The notes: generated by a model not told the origin, from the letters alone. A stretch of DNA of 64,000 nucleotides from Terriglobia bacterium (GCA_965218055.1 CBDCKA010000002.1:1136514-1200513), one strand, 5' to 3'. Shown: positions 38,200-49,306, counted from the first letter of the stretch. Made by a program: numbers and translations.

Positions 38200-39402
38200 A
38201 TGACCGCAGCGACCCGTCACGCCTACGTCACGGCCTATCTGAGATCGACTCTGCCTTCTCTACAACAAATTGAAAGCTTTATCGGAAAAACGCCAGACGT
38301 CAAAGGGTATAACCCCAACGCCGGCTGGACTTACGATTCTGTCCTGGGCTGGGTCCTTAGAGATGCCGTTCACAACGACGGTCTGGATGGATCCAAGACC
38401 TTTTACCATTATGAAAACTCCGGCGCCCGCAAAAGGATACATTTTTCAGATATTCTCTCTCGTATTCATACGTATGGAAACAGTTTTACGCATGGCGACC
38501 AAGTCAACGATGGAGAAACCTGGCAGGAATATCTTGCAGCACATTTAGGAGAGCCAATTGAAAACTTTGGTGTCGGCGGATACAGTGTCTATCAGGCTTA
38601 CTTACGGATGAAGCAAGTTGAATCAATTCATCCGGCTCAGAACATCGTACTCAATATTTATGACGACGATCACTTCCGCAATCTAGCCGCGTGGCGCCGC
38701 TGGTCTCTCCCGCGTGAAGTAACCCCAAGAGAGGGAACGCTGCCGCATGTCCGAGTTCATGTCGGAAAGCAGGAACTCGTAGAAGTTCCCAACCCGTGCG
38801 GCACCCCGCGCGATGCCTACAAGCTCAGAAATCTAGGCTGGCTCCTCGCAACCTTTGGGCATGATGTGGTCCTCCGTATCGCGGCAGCAAAGGCGGAAGG
38901 AAGAGTCTCGCACGAATGCGTCCTGCAGGCGGCGACAGACCTTGGGGTACGCTATTCCGGGAAACGGCGACGGGACGGGGCAAAAGCCGAGCTAGATCGC
39001 CTGTTCACTCGGGCGGCCCTTTTCTCGACTATGAAAATCCTTGATCTGGTGGGCAATTACATCAGGCGGTCCCGAAAGCGACTTTTTGTCATTCTCTCGT
39101 ATAGCCCCGGGAATGTGGAACGCTATTTGCAAGGCAAAAAGCCGTTTGACCAGATTCTGGTCGATTACCTTAAAGCGCGCCGGTACCGTTATTTGGACTT
39201 GAGGGAAACTCACCTCGCCGAGTTCCGAAGGTTCCGATTATCGCCGAAGGAGTATGTGAAGCGCTATTATATCGGTCGTTATGTGAAGAACCATTATATC
39301 GGGCATTATGCTCCTGCTGGGAATTTCTTCTGTGCAATGGCGATCAAGAATAGGATTGTACGCTGGCTAAACCCGCCACCGAAAACATATAGCATGCGAT
39401 GA
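38200..39402 (+). CDS. hypothetical protein, possibly a SGNH/GDSL-like hydrolase
   Basis: GNSFTHGDQVNDGETWQEYLA resembles block I of the SGNH hydrolases with Asp replaced by Asn; otherwise unassigned. Confidence 0.4.
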   Translation: MTAATRHAYVTAYLRSTLPSLQQIESFIGKTPDVKGYNPNAGWTYDSVLGWVLRDAVHNDGLDGSKTFYHYENSGARKRIHFSDILSRIHTYGNSFTHGDQVNDGETWQEYLAAHLGEPIENFGVGGYSVYQAYLRMKQVESIHPAQNIVLNIYDDDHFRNLAAWRRWSLPREVTPREGTLPHVRVHVGKQELVEVPNPCGTPRDAYKLRNLGWLLATFGHDVVLRIAAAKAEGRVSHECVLQAATDLGVRYSGKRRRDGAKAELDRLFTRAALFSTMKILDLVGNYIRRSRKRLFVILSYSPGNVERYLQGKKPFDQILVDYLKARRYRYLDLRETHLAEFRRFRLSPKEYVKRYYIGRYVKNHYIGHYAPAGNFFCAMAIKNRIVRWLNPPPKTYSMR

Positions 39403-39456
39403 GAGAACCTATGGATAGAATCAATGCCAGTGATCGTTGATTCTCTTGAAAAGCGG

Positions 39457-40737
39457 ACGATGAGAAAGATCCGCTTTCGGATTCTTCCACTCGTCTTTCT
39501 CCTCTACATCATCTCGTTCCTGGATCGCGCCAATGTGGCCTATGCCAAGCTGACGATGTCGGTGGATCTCGGCTTTTCCGAGGCCGCCTACGGCCTAGGT
39601 TTGGGACTGTTTTTTGTTGGGTACCCGCTGCTGGAGATTCCCGGCGCCTTGATTGTGCAAAAGTGGGGTGCAAGGTCGTGGGTGAGCCGGCTTCTGATCG
39701 CTTGGGGCATCTGCACGATCCTGATTGGCTTCGTGCGAACCGCCAATGAGTTTTATCTTGCCCGTTTCCTTTTGGGCGTGGCCCAAGGGGGCTTCTGGCC
39801 GGGCATGATCGTTTATCTCAGCCAATGGTTTCCCAGCGGGTACCGGGCTAGAGCCACGGCGCGGTTCGCGGCGGCGCATCCGGTAGCAATGATCATCGGG
39901 GGTCCTATTGCCGGCGTCATTTTGCAACTTAACTGGCTTGGTCTACCGGGCTGGAGCTGGGTGTTTATTCTGGAAGGCATCCCCGCGGTCGTCGTGGGAT
40001 TCGCGGTATTTTTTATTATGCCCAATTGGCCCCGCGAGGCTTCCTGGTTGAAGCCAGAGGAGAAAGAATGGGTGGTTGATGAGCTGGAGATGGAAAAACA
40101 AAGAAAGGCCGCCCTTGGCGTGCTCACCATCCGGCAGGTCCTGCGCCACCCCGCTGTGCTTTTGTTCGCCCTGATTCATTTCCTGGGCACCGCCGGGATG
40201 TATCCGTTCATCTACTGGCTGCCCACCACAATTCAAAAAGCATCGGGATTGCCGGCCCATCTGGCGGCGATCGTGTCCGGTCTTCCATTCGTCTTCGCGG
40301 TGATGGGCCAGTTGCTAAATGCCTGGTCTTCGGACCGCAGGGGGGAACGCTGCCTGCACACGGGGATTCCGCTGATAGTGGCGGCGGTGATTTTCCCCAT
40401 TACGACCGTTCCCGGCATGTCGTTCGGCTGGGTTCTGTTCTGGCTGTGCATTTCGAGCGCCTTCATCTACGGATTCGGCCCCTCCTTTTGGGTGCTGCCG
40501 ACGGTGACCCTTGGGGAATCGGGTGCGGCTGTTGCGGTCGGCTGTATTACCGTCATTGGCAATATTGGCGGATTTGTCGGACCGGCCGCGGTGGGATGGA
40601 TTCTGACAACCAGCTCTGCTTCGCTCAGTGCGTTTTTCTTGTCGTTTTGCTTCCTTGGTGCCGGCCTCGCGGCGGTCAGTTTGCGGCCTCTAGTTGCCCG
40701 GCAAACACAAGCGCTCCGTACCGCGGAAAGCGAGTAG
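39457..40737 (+). CDS. MFS transporter, anion:cation symporter (ACS) subfamily
   Basis: …FLDRANVAYAKLTM… signature and 12 TM helices. Confidence 0.8.
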   Translation, partial: TMRKIRFRILPLVFLLYIISFLDRANVAYAKLTMSVDLGFSEAAYGLGLGLFFVGYPLLEIPGALIVQKWGARSWVSRLLIAWGICTILIGFVRTANEFYLARFLLGVAQGGFWPGMIVYLSQWFPSGYRARATARFAAAHPVAMIIGGPIAGVILQLNWLGLPGWSWVFILEGIPAVVVGFAVFFIMPNWPREASWLKPEEKEWVVDELEMEKQRKAALGVLTIRQVLRHPAVLLFALIHFLGTAGMYPFIYWLPTTIQKASGLPAHLAAIVSGLPFVFAVMGQLLNAWSSDRRGERCLHTGIPLIVAAVIFPITTVPGMSFGWVLFWLCISSAFIYGFGPSFWVLPTVTLGESGAAVAVGCITVIGNIGGFVGPAAVGWILTTSSASLSAFFLSFCFLGAGLAAVSLRPLVARQTQALRTAESE

Positions 40738-40909
40738 AAGATCTCCCGGTACGACGCTGCTTCCCCCGTTCCACCTTGGAATCCGCTTGGGCCTGGTCTG
40801 AGAGAGTGTAAACTAATGCCTTTCGCGGTGAGTCTTGGCGGTCGCCATCTTTTACTTCGGTTACAGTGTTGCCCGGCCACAGATTGCTCGATGAGCTAAG
40901 GAGGAGAGC

Positions 40910-41674
40910 ATGCGTCTAGCGAACAAAGTGGCGGTGGTTACCGGTTCGAGTTCGGGAATTGGCCAGGCTACGGCAATTCGTTTTGCCGAGGAGGGCGCTG
41001 CTGTTTGTGTAGCGGACCTGGACGTCGGCGGCGGCGAGGAGACGGTGGCCCAGATCAAAGCTGCCGACGGTAGGGCCTTTTTTCACAAGGCCGATATCTC
41101 CAGCGAGTCCGAAGCTCGGGAGCTGATGAACACCGCCGCGCGCGCGCTGGGAGGCCTGGATATCCTGGTGAACAATGCTGCGGCCTTCGTTTTCGGCACA
41201 GTGGAAACGGCCAGCGAGAAGGATTGGGACCGGATCCTGAACGTGAACGTCAAAGGGTACGCGTTCTGTTCCAAGTACGCTGTCCCCCACATGCGAAAGG
41301 GCGGGGGCGGGTCCATCGTAAACTTGGGCTCCATTAGCTCATTCATCGCCCAGCCTGCTTTTGTCCCTTACAACACCAGCAAAGGGGCGGTGCTGCAGAT
41401 GACACGGTGCTTGGCTTTCGATCTGGCGCCGGATAACATTCGCGTGAATTGCGTCTGCCCGGGAGCTATAGATACCCCCGCCACGTTGCGCGATGCCGCC
41501 AGTAAGGGACTGACCAAGGAGCAGGTGGTGGAACTGTATGGCGCGCTGGCTTTCATCAAGCGCATGGGCGATCCTCGCGAAGTGGCGAACGCCATTCTCT
41601 TCCTCGCCTCTGACGAGGCTTCCTTTATTACCGCCACGCCGCTCATGGTGGATGGGGGGTACACGGCTCAGTAA
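40910..41674 (+). CDS. SDR-family oxidoreductase
   Basis: TGSSSGIGQATA Rossmann motif and YNTSKGAV catalytic motif. Confidence 0.9.
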   Translation: MRLANKVAVVTGSSSGIGQATAIRFAEEGAAVCVADLDVGGGEETVAQIKAADGRAFFHKADISSESEARELMNTAARALGGLDILVNNAAAFVFGTVETASEKDWDRILNVNVKGYAFCSKYAVPHMRKGGGGSIVNLGSISSFIAQPAFVPYNTSKGAVLQMTRCLAFDLAPDNIRVNCVCPGAIDTPATLRDAASKGLTKEQVVELYGALAFIKRMGDPREVANAILFLASDEASFITATPLMVDGGYTAQ

Positions 41675-41719
41675 GCCCTCAGACACGATGATCGAAATCG
41701 GTGGGCAGAGGAGTATGCC

Positions 41720-43405
41720 GTGAGCGTTTCCCGTCGTAAATTCCTCGGGGGGCTGGCTGTTTCCGCGGCAACGCCCGCTGTGCCAATGGAATCGCAGCCG
41801 GCCGTCGCGACGGGGGTCTGCGTAAAACCGGGGAAAGAGACACGCGAGTTCGACGTGGTGGTCGTCGGCGGCGGGTCCGCCGGTTGTGTCGTAGCAAATC
41901 GGCTTTGCCAGGGATCGAATCTTTCAGTGTGTCTGGTCGAGGGCGGGCCGGATTACGGTCCGGCCCATGGCGGCCGCTGGCCGGAGGAGTTGCTGGATGG
42001 ACGATATCCTCCGCCCACGCACGACTGGGGATACTTCGAGGACCTCGCCGAGCGTAGGATTGGGGCGGAACCCCGCGGCAAAGTCATTGGCGGCTCTTCG
42101 GCGATCAACATGGCCGCCGCGATGTGGGGGTTACCCGAGGACTATGACCGATGGGCGCGTGCGGGAAATCCCGGCTGGACCTACGCGGAGCTGCGGCCCC
42201 TCATCGATCGGATAGAGAAAACGGCAGACAATTCCCAGGCCAAGTATCGCGGCAGCCGCGGCCTGTTGCCCACAGAACCTTATGGGGACAGCGCACTGGG
42301 CCTATGGGCGCGGTCATTTCTGGAGTCGGCCGGTGCGGCCGGTTTCGAGCGGCTGGCCGATTTGAGCGCTCCGGAGCCTGCCGAGGGCGCGGCTGCGCTC
42401 CACGCGAACATCCGCAACGGGATTCGGTGGAATGCGGCGTTTGCCTTTCTGGACCCGGTGCGGGGGCAGCGCAACCTCACGATTCTCGATGAATTTTCCG
42501 TGGATCGCCTGCTGGTTCGCCAGGACAAAGCCGTGGCCCTGCTGGGCCGGCGTGGACAGAAAATCGTGGAGTTGCGGGCGTCGAGGTTTGTCCTGTGCGC
42601 TGGGACCTATGGCTCGCCCGCGATTCTGATGCGCAGCGGCATCGGTCCGCCGAGCCACCTTGGCGGATCGGGAATCGTGGTGGGGATCGACCTTCCAGGG
42701 GTCGGGCAGAACCTGCAGGACCATCCAGGCGTGGGAGTAACATTTGCGGGGACGTCTGCGGTCAGACAGGCGCTCGAAGACGAGCGGGCCCGGTGCCGAT
42801 TCTATGCCGCGCAGGCCATGCTGCGCGCTCAGAGCCCACACGCGCAGGGTGGTTTTGACTTGCAACTGCCGGCGGTACAGCGCCTGGATAACAACGGAGA
42901 ATGGGTCTCCAGCATTGTGGTCTTCAACGTGGCGCCGCGATCGCGCGGCCAGGTACAGTTGCTTGGCCCAGATCCCCGATTGCCGTTGCGTATTGAGAAG
43001 CGCTTTCTCACCGACCCGGAACAGCGCGATATCGCCGTCCTTGCGCACGGCGTCCGGGTAGCCCGGAAGGTGGGGAGACAAAAGCCGCTGGCCGATCTTG
43101 TCACGAGGGAAGTCGCGCCGGGAGAAGCGGTCCGGGAAGAGAGCGACATTCGTGCCTACGTCCGGCGGATGGTGAGGAACTATAACCATGCCTGCGGCAC
43201 CTGCAAGATGGGGCCTCGTTCCGACCCCGGCTCGGTCGTCGATCGTTCCGGGCGGCTGCACGGGGCAGCCAATGTGTGGGTGGCCGACGCCTCCATCATT
43301 CCGCAGATTCCGCGCGTGCCTACCAATCTGACCTGCATGCTGATCGGCCTTCGCATCGCCGACGGCCTGCTCTCCGCTCGTCCGGCGACGCCTGGGGCGC
43401 TATGA
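41720..43405 (+). CDS. GMC-family FAD-dependent oxidoreductase with Tat signal
   Basis: Twin-arginine motif SRRKFLGG and an FAD-binding motif VVVGGGSAGCVVANRL. Confidence 0.85.
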   Translation: MSVSRRKFLGGLAVSAATPAVPMESQPAVATGVCVKPGKETREFDVVVVGGGSAGCVVANRLCQGSNLSVCLVEGGPDYGPAHGGRWPEELLDGRYPPPTHDWGYFEDLAERRIGAEPRGKVIGGSSAINMAAAMWGLPEDYDRWARAGNPGWTYAELRPLIDRIEKTADNSQAKYRGSRGLLPTEPYGDSALGLWARSFLESAGAAGFERLADLSAPEPAEGAAALHANIRNGIRWNAAFAFLDPVRGQRNLTILDEFSVDRLLVRQDKAVALLGRRGQKIVELRASRFVLCAGTYGSPAILMRSGIGPPSHLGGSGIVVGIDLPGVGQNLQDHPGVGVTFAGTSAVRQALEDERARCRFYAAQAMLRAQSPHAQGGFDLQLPAVQRLDNNGEWVSSIVVFNVAPRSRGQVQLLGPDPRLPLRIEKRFLTDPEQRDIAVLAHGVRVARKVGRQKPLADLVTREVAPGEAVREESDIRAYVRRMVRNYNHACGTCKMGPRSDPGSVVDRSGRLHGAANVWVADASIIPQIPRVPTNLTCMLIGLRIADGLLSARPATPGAL

Positions 43406-43447
43406 CGAACCGTGAAGCCAGAAAGTGTGGGTGTCGCGGGCTTCTTG

Positions 43448-44125
43448 CTACTTGGGAGTTTGTGAGGCGGCCTTTTTTTTGTTGAAAGCGCGGATGACGC
43501 GCGAGACGTAGTTGCGTGTCTCCCGGTACGGTGGAATTCCCTTGTAGACAGCTACCTTTTGCGGTCCGGCGTTGTAGGCAGCCAGGGCCAAGGCCAGGTC
43601 GTGGTCGTAAAGATCGAGCAACTGCCGCAGGTAGCGCGTGCCTCCCTCCACATTTTGCGCGGGATCGAACACATCCCGGACGCGCAGTTCGCGCGCCGTC
43701 TCGGGCATTAACTGCATCAGTCCGCTCGCCCCTTTCGGTGAGACCGCGCGCGGGTTGCCGGCGGATTCGACGCGAATCACACTCTCGATCAGGTCGGGAT
43801 CGAGACCATGGGTCTCACCCGCGCTGCGAACCAACTGCCTCAGGTCACCTTCCGCAGCTCCGCCAGACCCCGCGGGCGCAGGGGGCGCAGCCTGCGGGAC
43901 AAATTCATCGGCTTCGAAGCGCTGGATCTCGCCTGAAGGGACTTCCACCACGCCGCCGCCGGCCAGGAACAGACGCGTCACTACGCCGCTCTGTTCGTGT
44001 CGTTCGATCTCAAGGCGGAACCCGGTCTTGAAAACCGCATACTCGGCCGCGGGCAGGTGGGCAGCAGCCAACAGGACGAGAAACGGCAGGACAAGAAACG
44101 GCAACCACCGCCCCGCCCGTTGCAT
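43448..44125 (-). CDS. lytic transglycosylase (SLT domain)
   Basis: SLT catalytic block ES…GLMQLMP…AYNAG. Confidence 0.8.
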   Translation of the reverse strand: MQRAGRWLPFLVLPFLVLLAAAHLPAAEYAVFKTGFRLEIERHEQSGVVTRLFLAGGGVVEVPSGEIQRFEADEFVPQAAPPAPAGSGGAAEGDLRQLVRSAGETHGLDPDLIESVIRVESAGNPRAVSPKGASGLMQLMPETARELRVRDVFDPAQNVEGGTRYLRQLLDLYDHDLALALAAYNAGPQKVAVYKGIPPYRETRNYVSRVIRAFNKKKAASQTPK

Positions 44126-44177
44126 TCCGCTTCTCAGTCTTGAACTCCGCATTCTGCGTCCTGCACTAGGGCTTGCA

Positions 44178-45035
44178 CTAGGATAAGATCCAACGCTCGA
44201 CGGCATCGGCCACGCCCGCCTGATCGCAAGCCGAGGTGACCTCCCAGCCGTTCGACTTCAGTTCGGCCACGGCGTTGCCCATGACGACGGGCCGCCCGGC
44301 GAATTCCAGCATCTCCCGGTCATTGAAGTTGTCTCCGATCGCCATGACCTCATCGCGTCGGCAACCCTGGCGCTGGGCCCAGGCCCGCAGCGCGTGACCC
44401 TTCGAGCAACGGCGGTTGATGACATCCAGGATGCTCAAATCCTTGGTCACGTACTCGGTTTTCAGCAGGCGAAACTCGGCACGGAAGGGCGAATCCAGCA
44501 GCCTGCTTTCGATCTGACGCAGCACCTCGACAGACCCGCTGTACATCACCTGGAGGGGCTCCTCGGGTGCCCGAGCTTCCAGTGTTTCCTCCAGCGGCGC
44601 GAAGCTGACAAACGGGCGGTTGCGCTCTAGCCAGGCCAAGAAGCTGGGGGTTCGCTTCTCCACGCTCTCCAGCACCAGTTGTCCGGAAACTTCCGAATCA
44701 TAAGCCAGCAGCGTGTAGTCGCGCCAGGGACGCGTCCATTCCAGCGTGCGGGCCGCTGTCTCAAGGGCGAGCAGGTCGCGGTAGTAGGACTCCCCGCTGC
44801 GCGACTTCACCAGGGCGCCGTTGCTGGTGATCATCACCAGTTCGAACGGGAGCAATTGCGCCACGGGAAGAGCGAAGGCAAAGCGCCGCCCGGTCACCAG
44901 CAACACCTCCACACCGGCGCGATGGGCTGCCTCCAGCGCGGCCGCGTTGCGCGGCGGTAACTGCGACCGAGTGTCCAGCAGTGTGCCGTCAATGTCTACC
45001 GCCAGCAGGCGGACTGGTGGCTGCATCCCTTCCAT
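44178..45035 (-). CDS. Cof-type HAD-IIB family hydrolase
   Basis: …LLAVDIDGTLLD… motif I, with Cof-like motifs downstream. Confidence 0.8.
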   Translation of the reverse strand: MEGMQPPVRLLAVDIDGTLLDTRSQLPPRNAAALEAAHRAGVEVLLVTGRRFAFALPVAQLLPFELVMITSNGALVKSRSGESYYRDLLALETAARTLEWTRPWRDYTLLAYDSEVSGQLVLESVEKRTPSFLAWLERNRPFVSFAPLEETLEARAPEEPLQVMYSGSVEVLRQIESRLLDSPFRAEFRLLKTEYVTKDLSILDVINRRCSKGHALRAWAQRQGCRRDEVMAIGDNFNDREMLEFAGRPVVMGNAVAELKSNGWEVTSACDQAGVADAVERWILS

Positions 45036-45216
45036 GCTAGCACGCCTGGGCCAGCTTCTTGCTGTCCCGGGTGGAGATGGTCACCACCGCGGGGACCTAC
45101 CTCGACAGCCCATACCATCGCTATGAAGCAGGGACGGATTTGGCCGGCCTGCCGTTGGAAAAAATTGGCAACCGAATGCGTGCCAATAATATGAGTTATA
45201 GTTTCCGGGGCTCCCG

Positions 45217-46464
45217 ATGACCCCCTCATGCTCCCCCATGACCAATGTCACTCACCTGGAATGCTCCCGCTGCCAGCGACGGTTTGAGGCTGGCAGGCCG
45301 CACACCCTTTGTCCGTGCGGCGGGCCGCTGTTGGTCCGCTACGACCTGCCCTCGGTGGCTGGCCACCAGACACGCGCGTCGCTGTCCGAGGGCCCGGCCA
45401 ACATGTGGCGCTATCGCGCTCTACTTCCCTGCGAGCGCGAAGACTCGGTGGTGACGCTGGGCGAAGGGTTTACGCCGCTGGTGCACGCTCGCCGACTGGG
45501 CCAGCGCTACGGCGCGTCCCGCCTGTTCATCAAGGACGAAGGACAAAACCCCACCGGATCGTTCAAGGCGCGCGGGCTTTCCTGCGCAGTTTCCATGGCG
45601 CGCGAGCTGGGGCTGACGCGCCTGGCCGTGCCCTCGGCGGGCAACGCGGCTTCCGCCCTGGCCGCCTACGCCGCTGCCGCAGGCCTGGAAGCGCATGTCT
45701 TCCTGCCCGCGGACGCTCCTCGGGCCAACGTGGTGGAATGCCGCACCTATGGGGCGTCGGTGACCCTGGTCCCCGGACTGCTCAGTGATTGCGCGCGCCT
45801 CGTAGCTGAGCGTGCGCCACAGGAAGGATGGTTCGACGTCTCCGCCATGAAGGAGCCCTATCGGGTGGAAGGAAAGAAGACCATGGGCTACGAGGTAGCC
45901 GAGCAGCGCGGCTGGACGCTCCCCGATGCCATCTTGTATCCCACCGGTGGTGGCGTCGGCCTGATCGGCATGTGGAAAGCATTCGAGGAAATGGAGCAGG
46001 TTGGTTGGATCGATGGTCCTGAGCGCCCCAGGATGATCGTAGTGCAGGCGGCGGGATGCCAGCCCCTGGTGCGCGCCTTTGAGCAGGGTGCCAACAGCGC
46101 GGAGTTTTTCGAAGGCGCCCAAACACTGGCGGCCGGCCTGCGTGTTCCCAAGCCGCTGGCCGACTCGCTCATCCTGGAGATTGTCCACGCCAGCGGCGGC
46201 ACCTGTCTCAGCGTCACCGACGAAGAGATCCTGGAAGGGGCGCGTGAGATGAGTTCCACTGAGGGCATCCTGCCGGCCCCGGAAGGGGCCGCCTGTCTCC
46301 CTGCCTACCGCAAGCTGCTCGCCTCGGGGTTCCTGACGCCGGACCAGTCGGTGGTGTTATTCAACACCGGCTCGGGACTGAAATATCTGGACGTGCTTGA
46401 ACGCCCAACGCTCACCCCTAGGGGCACCGAGGCCCAGACCGGTGGCCTGATTACCCCCTTCTAA
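45217..46464 (+). CDS. thrC: threonine synthase-like PLP-dependent enzyme
   Basis: PLP-lysine motif TGSFKARG and an N-terminal zinc-ribbon-like CxxC…CxC. Confidence 0.75.
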   Translation: MTPSCSPMTNVTHLECSRCQRRFEAGRPHTLCPCGGPLLVRYDLPSVAGHQTRASLSEGPANMWRYRALLPCEREDSVVTLGEGFTPLVHARRLGQRYGASRLFIKDEGQNPTGSFKARGLSCAVSMARELGLTRLAVPSAGNAASALAAYAAAAGLEAHVFLPADAPRANVVECRTYGASVTLVPGLLSDCARLVAERAPQEGWFDVSAMKEPYRVEGKKTMGYEVAEQRGWTLPDAILYPTGGGVGLIGMWKAFEEMEQVGWIDGPERPRMIVVQAAGCQPLVRAFEQGANSAEFFEGAQTLAAGLRVPKPLADSLILEIVHASGGTCLSVTDEEILEGAREMSSTEGILPAPEGAACLPAYRKLLASGFLTPDQSVVLFNTGSGLKYLDVLERPTLTPRGTEAQTGGLITPF

Positions 46465-46492
46465 GATTACCTTGCGGTGTTAGAATCCCCGC

Positions 46493-48202
46493 GTGATGAA
46501 ACAGCTCTACTACGACCCGTTGTTCAGCGCATTTCTGGCGCGACGTAAAGTCCGGTTGAGCAGCCGGTTGAGCAGTTGGATGGGACTGGTTGTTCTTCTC
46601 GGTCTCCTATTGCCGGCTCCGGTCTATGCCGGCGTGACGACCGTTCGATTCCGATTGGTCGATGGAGCGACCGGGAAAATCACCCCTGCCATGATTTGCA
46701 TCACCGGCCCGGACGGCGAGGTTCGTCTCCCTCCCGATGGCAAGATTGTGGACGAGCTCCCTCCAGTCCAACTTTTCTACAGGGGCGTGCGTTTCAGCCA
46801 CCACCGTAACTGGATCGGTCCGGTGCGCCAGATGCAGGGGCCGGGCGACAACCGCATCCGTGCCACCGCGTACGAATCGCGGCTCGCGCTCCCCTATTGG
46901 GAGGAGCCGGTCATGTACCAGACCTCCGGTGACTTTACGATTGATCTGCCCCCCGGGCGGTGGCGCATTGCCGTCCAGCACGGCATGGAATACATACCCG
47001 TCGTTGAGGAATTCACGACCCGTGAAAAGGGCCTGCTGAGCAGGACAATTGAACTCAAACGCTGGATTGACATGCCGAAGCGGGGCTGGTGGTCAGGCGA
47101 CGTGCACGTGCACCATCCCACGCTGGAACAAGCCCATCGCGAGTTCCTCCTGCATTATGCGAAAGCGGAGGACTTGCACATTGTCAATCTGCTGGAGATG
47201 GGCCACCACAAGGGGACGGATTTCAAACATGAAGGATTCGGGAAGGACTATCGCGTCTGCCGGGAGGGGTACTGTCTGATCTCCGGACAGGAGGGGCCGC
47301 GGAGCACCTTCGGTCACATCATTGGGTTAAATATCAACCGCATGGTTCGTGATACCAGCACCTACGATTTCTACGATCTCGCTTTCAAAGGGATTCACGA
47401 GCAAAAGGGCGCGCTGGTGGGCTTCGCCCACTTTGCCTGGGAAGCGGCGGGCTTGCCGTACGGGACGGGTTTCGAGCGTGGCTTTCCCTGGTACGTCACC
47501 ACCGGCGAATTGGATTTTGTTGAGTTGTTGCAGTTCAGCAAGATCAACGCCATGAGCTACTACGACTATCTCAACCTCGGCTTCAAACTGACCGCCGCCG
47601 GCGGGAGCGACGTGCCCTGGGGTTCCACGATTGGGGAAGCGCGGACCTACGTTTATACGGGACCAAATCTCGACATCGACGCCTGGTTCGCAGGGCTGAA
47701 AAAGGGACACTCATTTGTAAGCAACGGGCCGGTACTTTCCTTCACCGTCGACGGCCAGTTACCGGGCAGCGAGGTCGCGAAGACTGCCGGCGATAAGGTG
47801 CGGATCATGGCCCGCGTCGAGAGCCATCCGAAGATCGGCATCCCCAAGGCCCTGACCCTGGTCGGGAACCGGGGGGTCATCAAAGAAGTGATGAACCCGG
47901 ACAGAAAAACCGACCTGACCCTGGAATTGGAATGGGAGATCGACCAAAGCCAGTGGTTTGTGGTGAGCACGGTCTGCGAGAACAACGCCCTGGCCCACAC
48001 CACGCCCATCTACGTGATCGTTGATGGGCGGCCTGCCTGGAGTCCGGAGCGGGGCCCGGCCGTCGTAGGAAAGCAACTCGAAGCGATTGACGCCATTGCC
48101 AAGGAATTCGGTGGCGGATCGGACAAGCGGTCACAAGGCGTCATCGAGCGATTGAACCGGGCCAGACGATACTATCGAGAGCTCCTGAGCAAGATGAAGT
48201 GA
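46493..48202 (+). CDS. secreted PHP-like (CehA/McbA-type) metallohydrolase, putative
   Basis: Signal peptide, an N-terminal beta-sandwich region, and WWSGDVHVHH in the His-rich PHP motif position. Confidence 0.45.
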   Translation: MMKQLYYDPLFSAFLARRKVRLSSRLSSWMGLVVLLGLLLPAPVYAGVTTVRFRLVDGATGKITPAMICITGPDGEVRLPPDGKIVDELPPVQLFYRGVRFSHHRNWIGPVRQMQGPGDNRIRATAYESRLALPYWEEPVMYQTSGDFTIDLPPGRWRIAVQHGMEYIPVVEEFTTREKGLLSRTIELKRWIDMPKRGWWSGDVHVHHPTLEQAHREFLLHYAKAEDLHIVNLLEMGHHKGTDFKHEGFGKDYRVCREGYCLISGQEGPRSTFGHIIGLNINRMVRDTSTYDFYDLAFKGIHEQKGALVGFAHFAWEAAGLPYGTGFERGFPWYVTTGELDFVELLQFSKINAMSYYDYLNLGFKLTAAGGSDVPWGSTIGEARTYVYTGPNLDIDAWFAGLKKGHSFVSNGPVLSFTVDGQLPGSEVAKTAGDKVRIMARVESHPKIGIPKALTLVGNRGVIKEVMNPDRKTDLTLELEWEIDQSQWFVVSTVCENNALAHTTPIYVIVDGRPAWSPERGPAVVGKQLEAIDAIAKEFGGGSDKRSQGVIERLNRARRYYRELLSKMK

Positions 48203-48225
48203 CAGAATCGAAACAAGGGACAAGC

Positions 48226-49200
48226 TCATCGCACCGCAATCGGATTCCCCGGTGAGCCGGTCGCTCCCTTGAATGGCAGCGGCGCGAGAACGAAGGCGAA
48301 CTCGTAGACCTTGTCGGCGGCGAGTTCTTCTAGGTTCATGTTCTCGAGATGGTAGATCCCGTGGCGCGTAATCGTCCACTGATGCACTGGGATCACATGG
48401 TCCGGATCCTCGCCGGGGATCTTCTCGATTCCCCAGTTGTCGACGCCAATCAAGCTCACTTTGCGATCTGTGATCCAGCGCGCAGCTTCCATGCCGATAC
48501 CAGGTTCGCTCGCGTTATAGGTATCGTTATCTTTCATCCAAAGCTGGGCGTGTCCGGTGCGGATCAAGACCACGTCTCCAGTGCCGATTTTCAGTCCTGC
48601 TGCGTCGAGAGCCTTCTGCAGATCGTCAGCCGTGATCAGATAGTTCGGGTCCAGCCGCTCGACACCTTTCAATCCAGCCACGTCGAGCAGCACCCCGCGA
48701 GTAAAGAATGCCCCGATATTTTCGACGCCAAGCTTCTTCAGGCCGTAGGCTGAGCCGAACTCCGAGAGCTTGAACCCGTTATAGAAATAGTTGTCGCCCT
48801 TCATGTGCACACCCACGTGTCCAAGACCATCCATCTGTGTGCCGACCTGTCCGATTTCACCGCTGAACATCTCATCGTTACCGACCACTTGGTTTTTCCC
48901 GGTGGGGTCTGAGGTTGGCAGACCTGGAATCGTCAGCTTGAAATGTCGTCGGCCGACCAACGGCATCCCTTTTTCGTAGACCTGTCCGACGTGGTACACC
49001 TTGCCCGTCTTGATCAGCTTTGCGGCTTCAATCACCTTCTCTGGGGTGATGCGGTTAGCTGCCCCGCGCTGGTCGTCTGGCCCCCACTCGGAGGGCCACC
49101 ACCTGGATCCCATTGGCGTTTGGACGTTGCCGATGGTCATACCGGCAAGAACCAGAACGCTGCACCCAACTAAGGCAAGAATCGAGCGCTGTTTCCCCAT
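48226..49200 (-). CDS. cyclase-family protein (kynurenine formamidase-like)
   Basis: Signal peptide and cyclase-family blocks (…QVGTQMDGLGHVG…). Confidence 0.6.
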   Translation of the reverse strand: MGKQRSILALVGCSVLVLAGMTIGNVQTPMGSRWWPSEWGPDDQRGAANRITPEKVIEAAKLIKTGKVYHVGQVYEKGMPLVGRRHFKLTIPGLPTSDPTGKNQVVGNDEMFSGEIGQVGTQMDGLGHVGVHMKGDNYFYNGFKLSEFGSAYGLKKLGVENIGAFFTRGVLLDVAGLKGVERLDPNYLITADDLQKALDAAGLKIGTGDVVLIRTGHAQLWMKDNDTYNASEPGIGMEAARWITDRKVSLIGVDNWGIEKIPGEDPDHVIPVHQWTITRHGIYHLENMNLEELAADKVYEFAFVLAPLPFKGATGSPGNPIAVR

Positions 49201-49306
49201 GATTAATCTCCCTTCTGAAGTGAGAAATCAGTAGTTTATTGTCCTCAGTCCAAATCATACACTCGTCAGCACGACACAAGCATCCTCCCGGTGCTAGAAT
49301 CGCCGC

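Noticed and set aside
43448-43490. Apparent rho-independent terminator (GC-rich stem followed by T8)
   Set aside because: The T-run is the reverse complement of a Lys codon stretch (KKKAASQTPK) at the C-terminus of the lytic transglycosylase gene, so it lies inside coding sequence.
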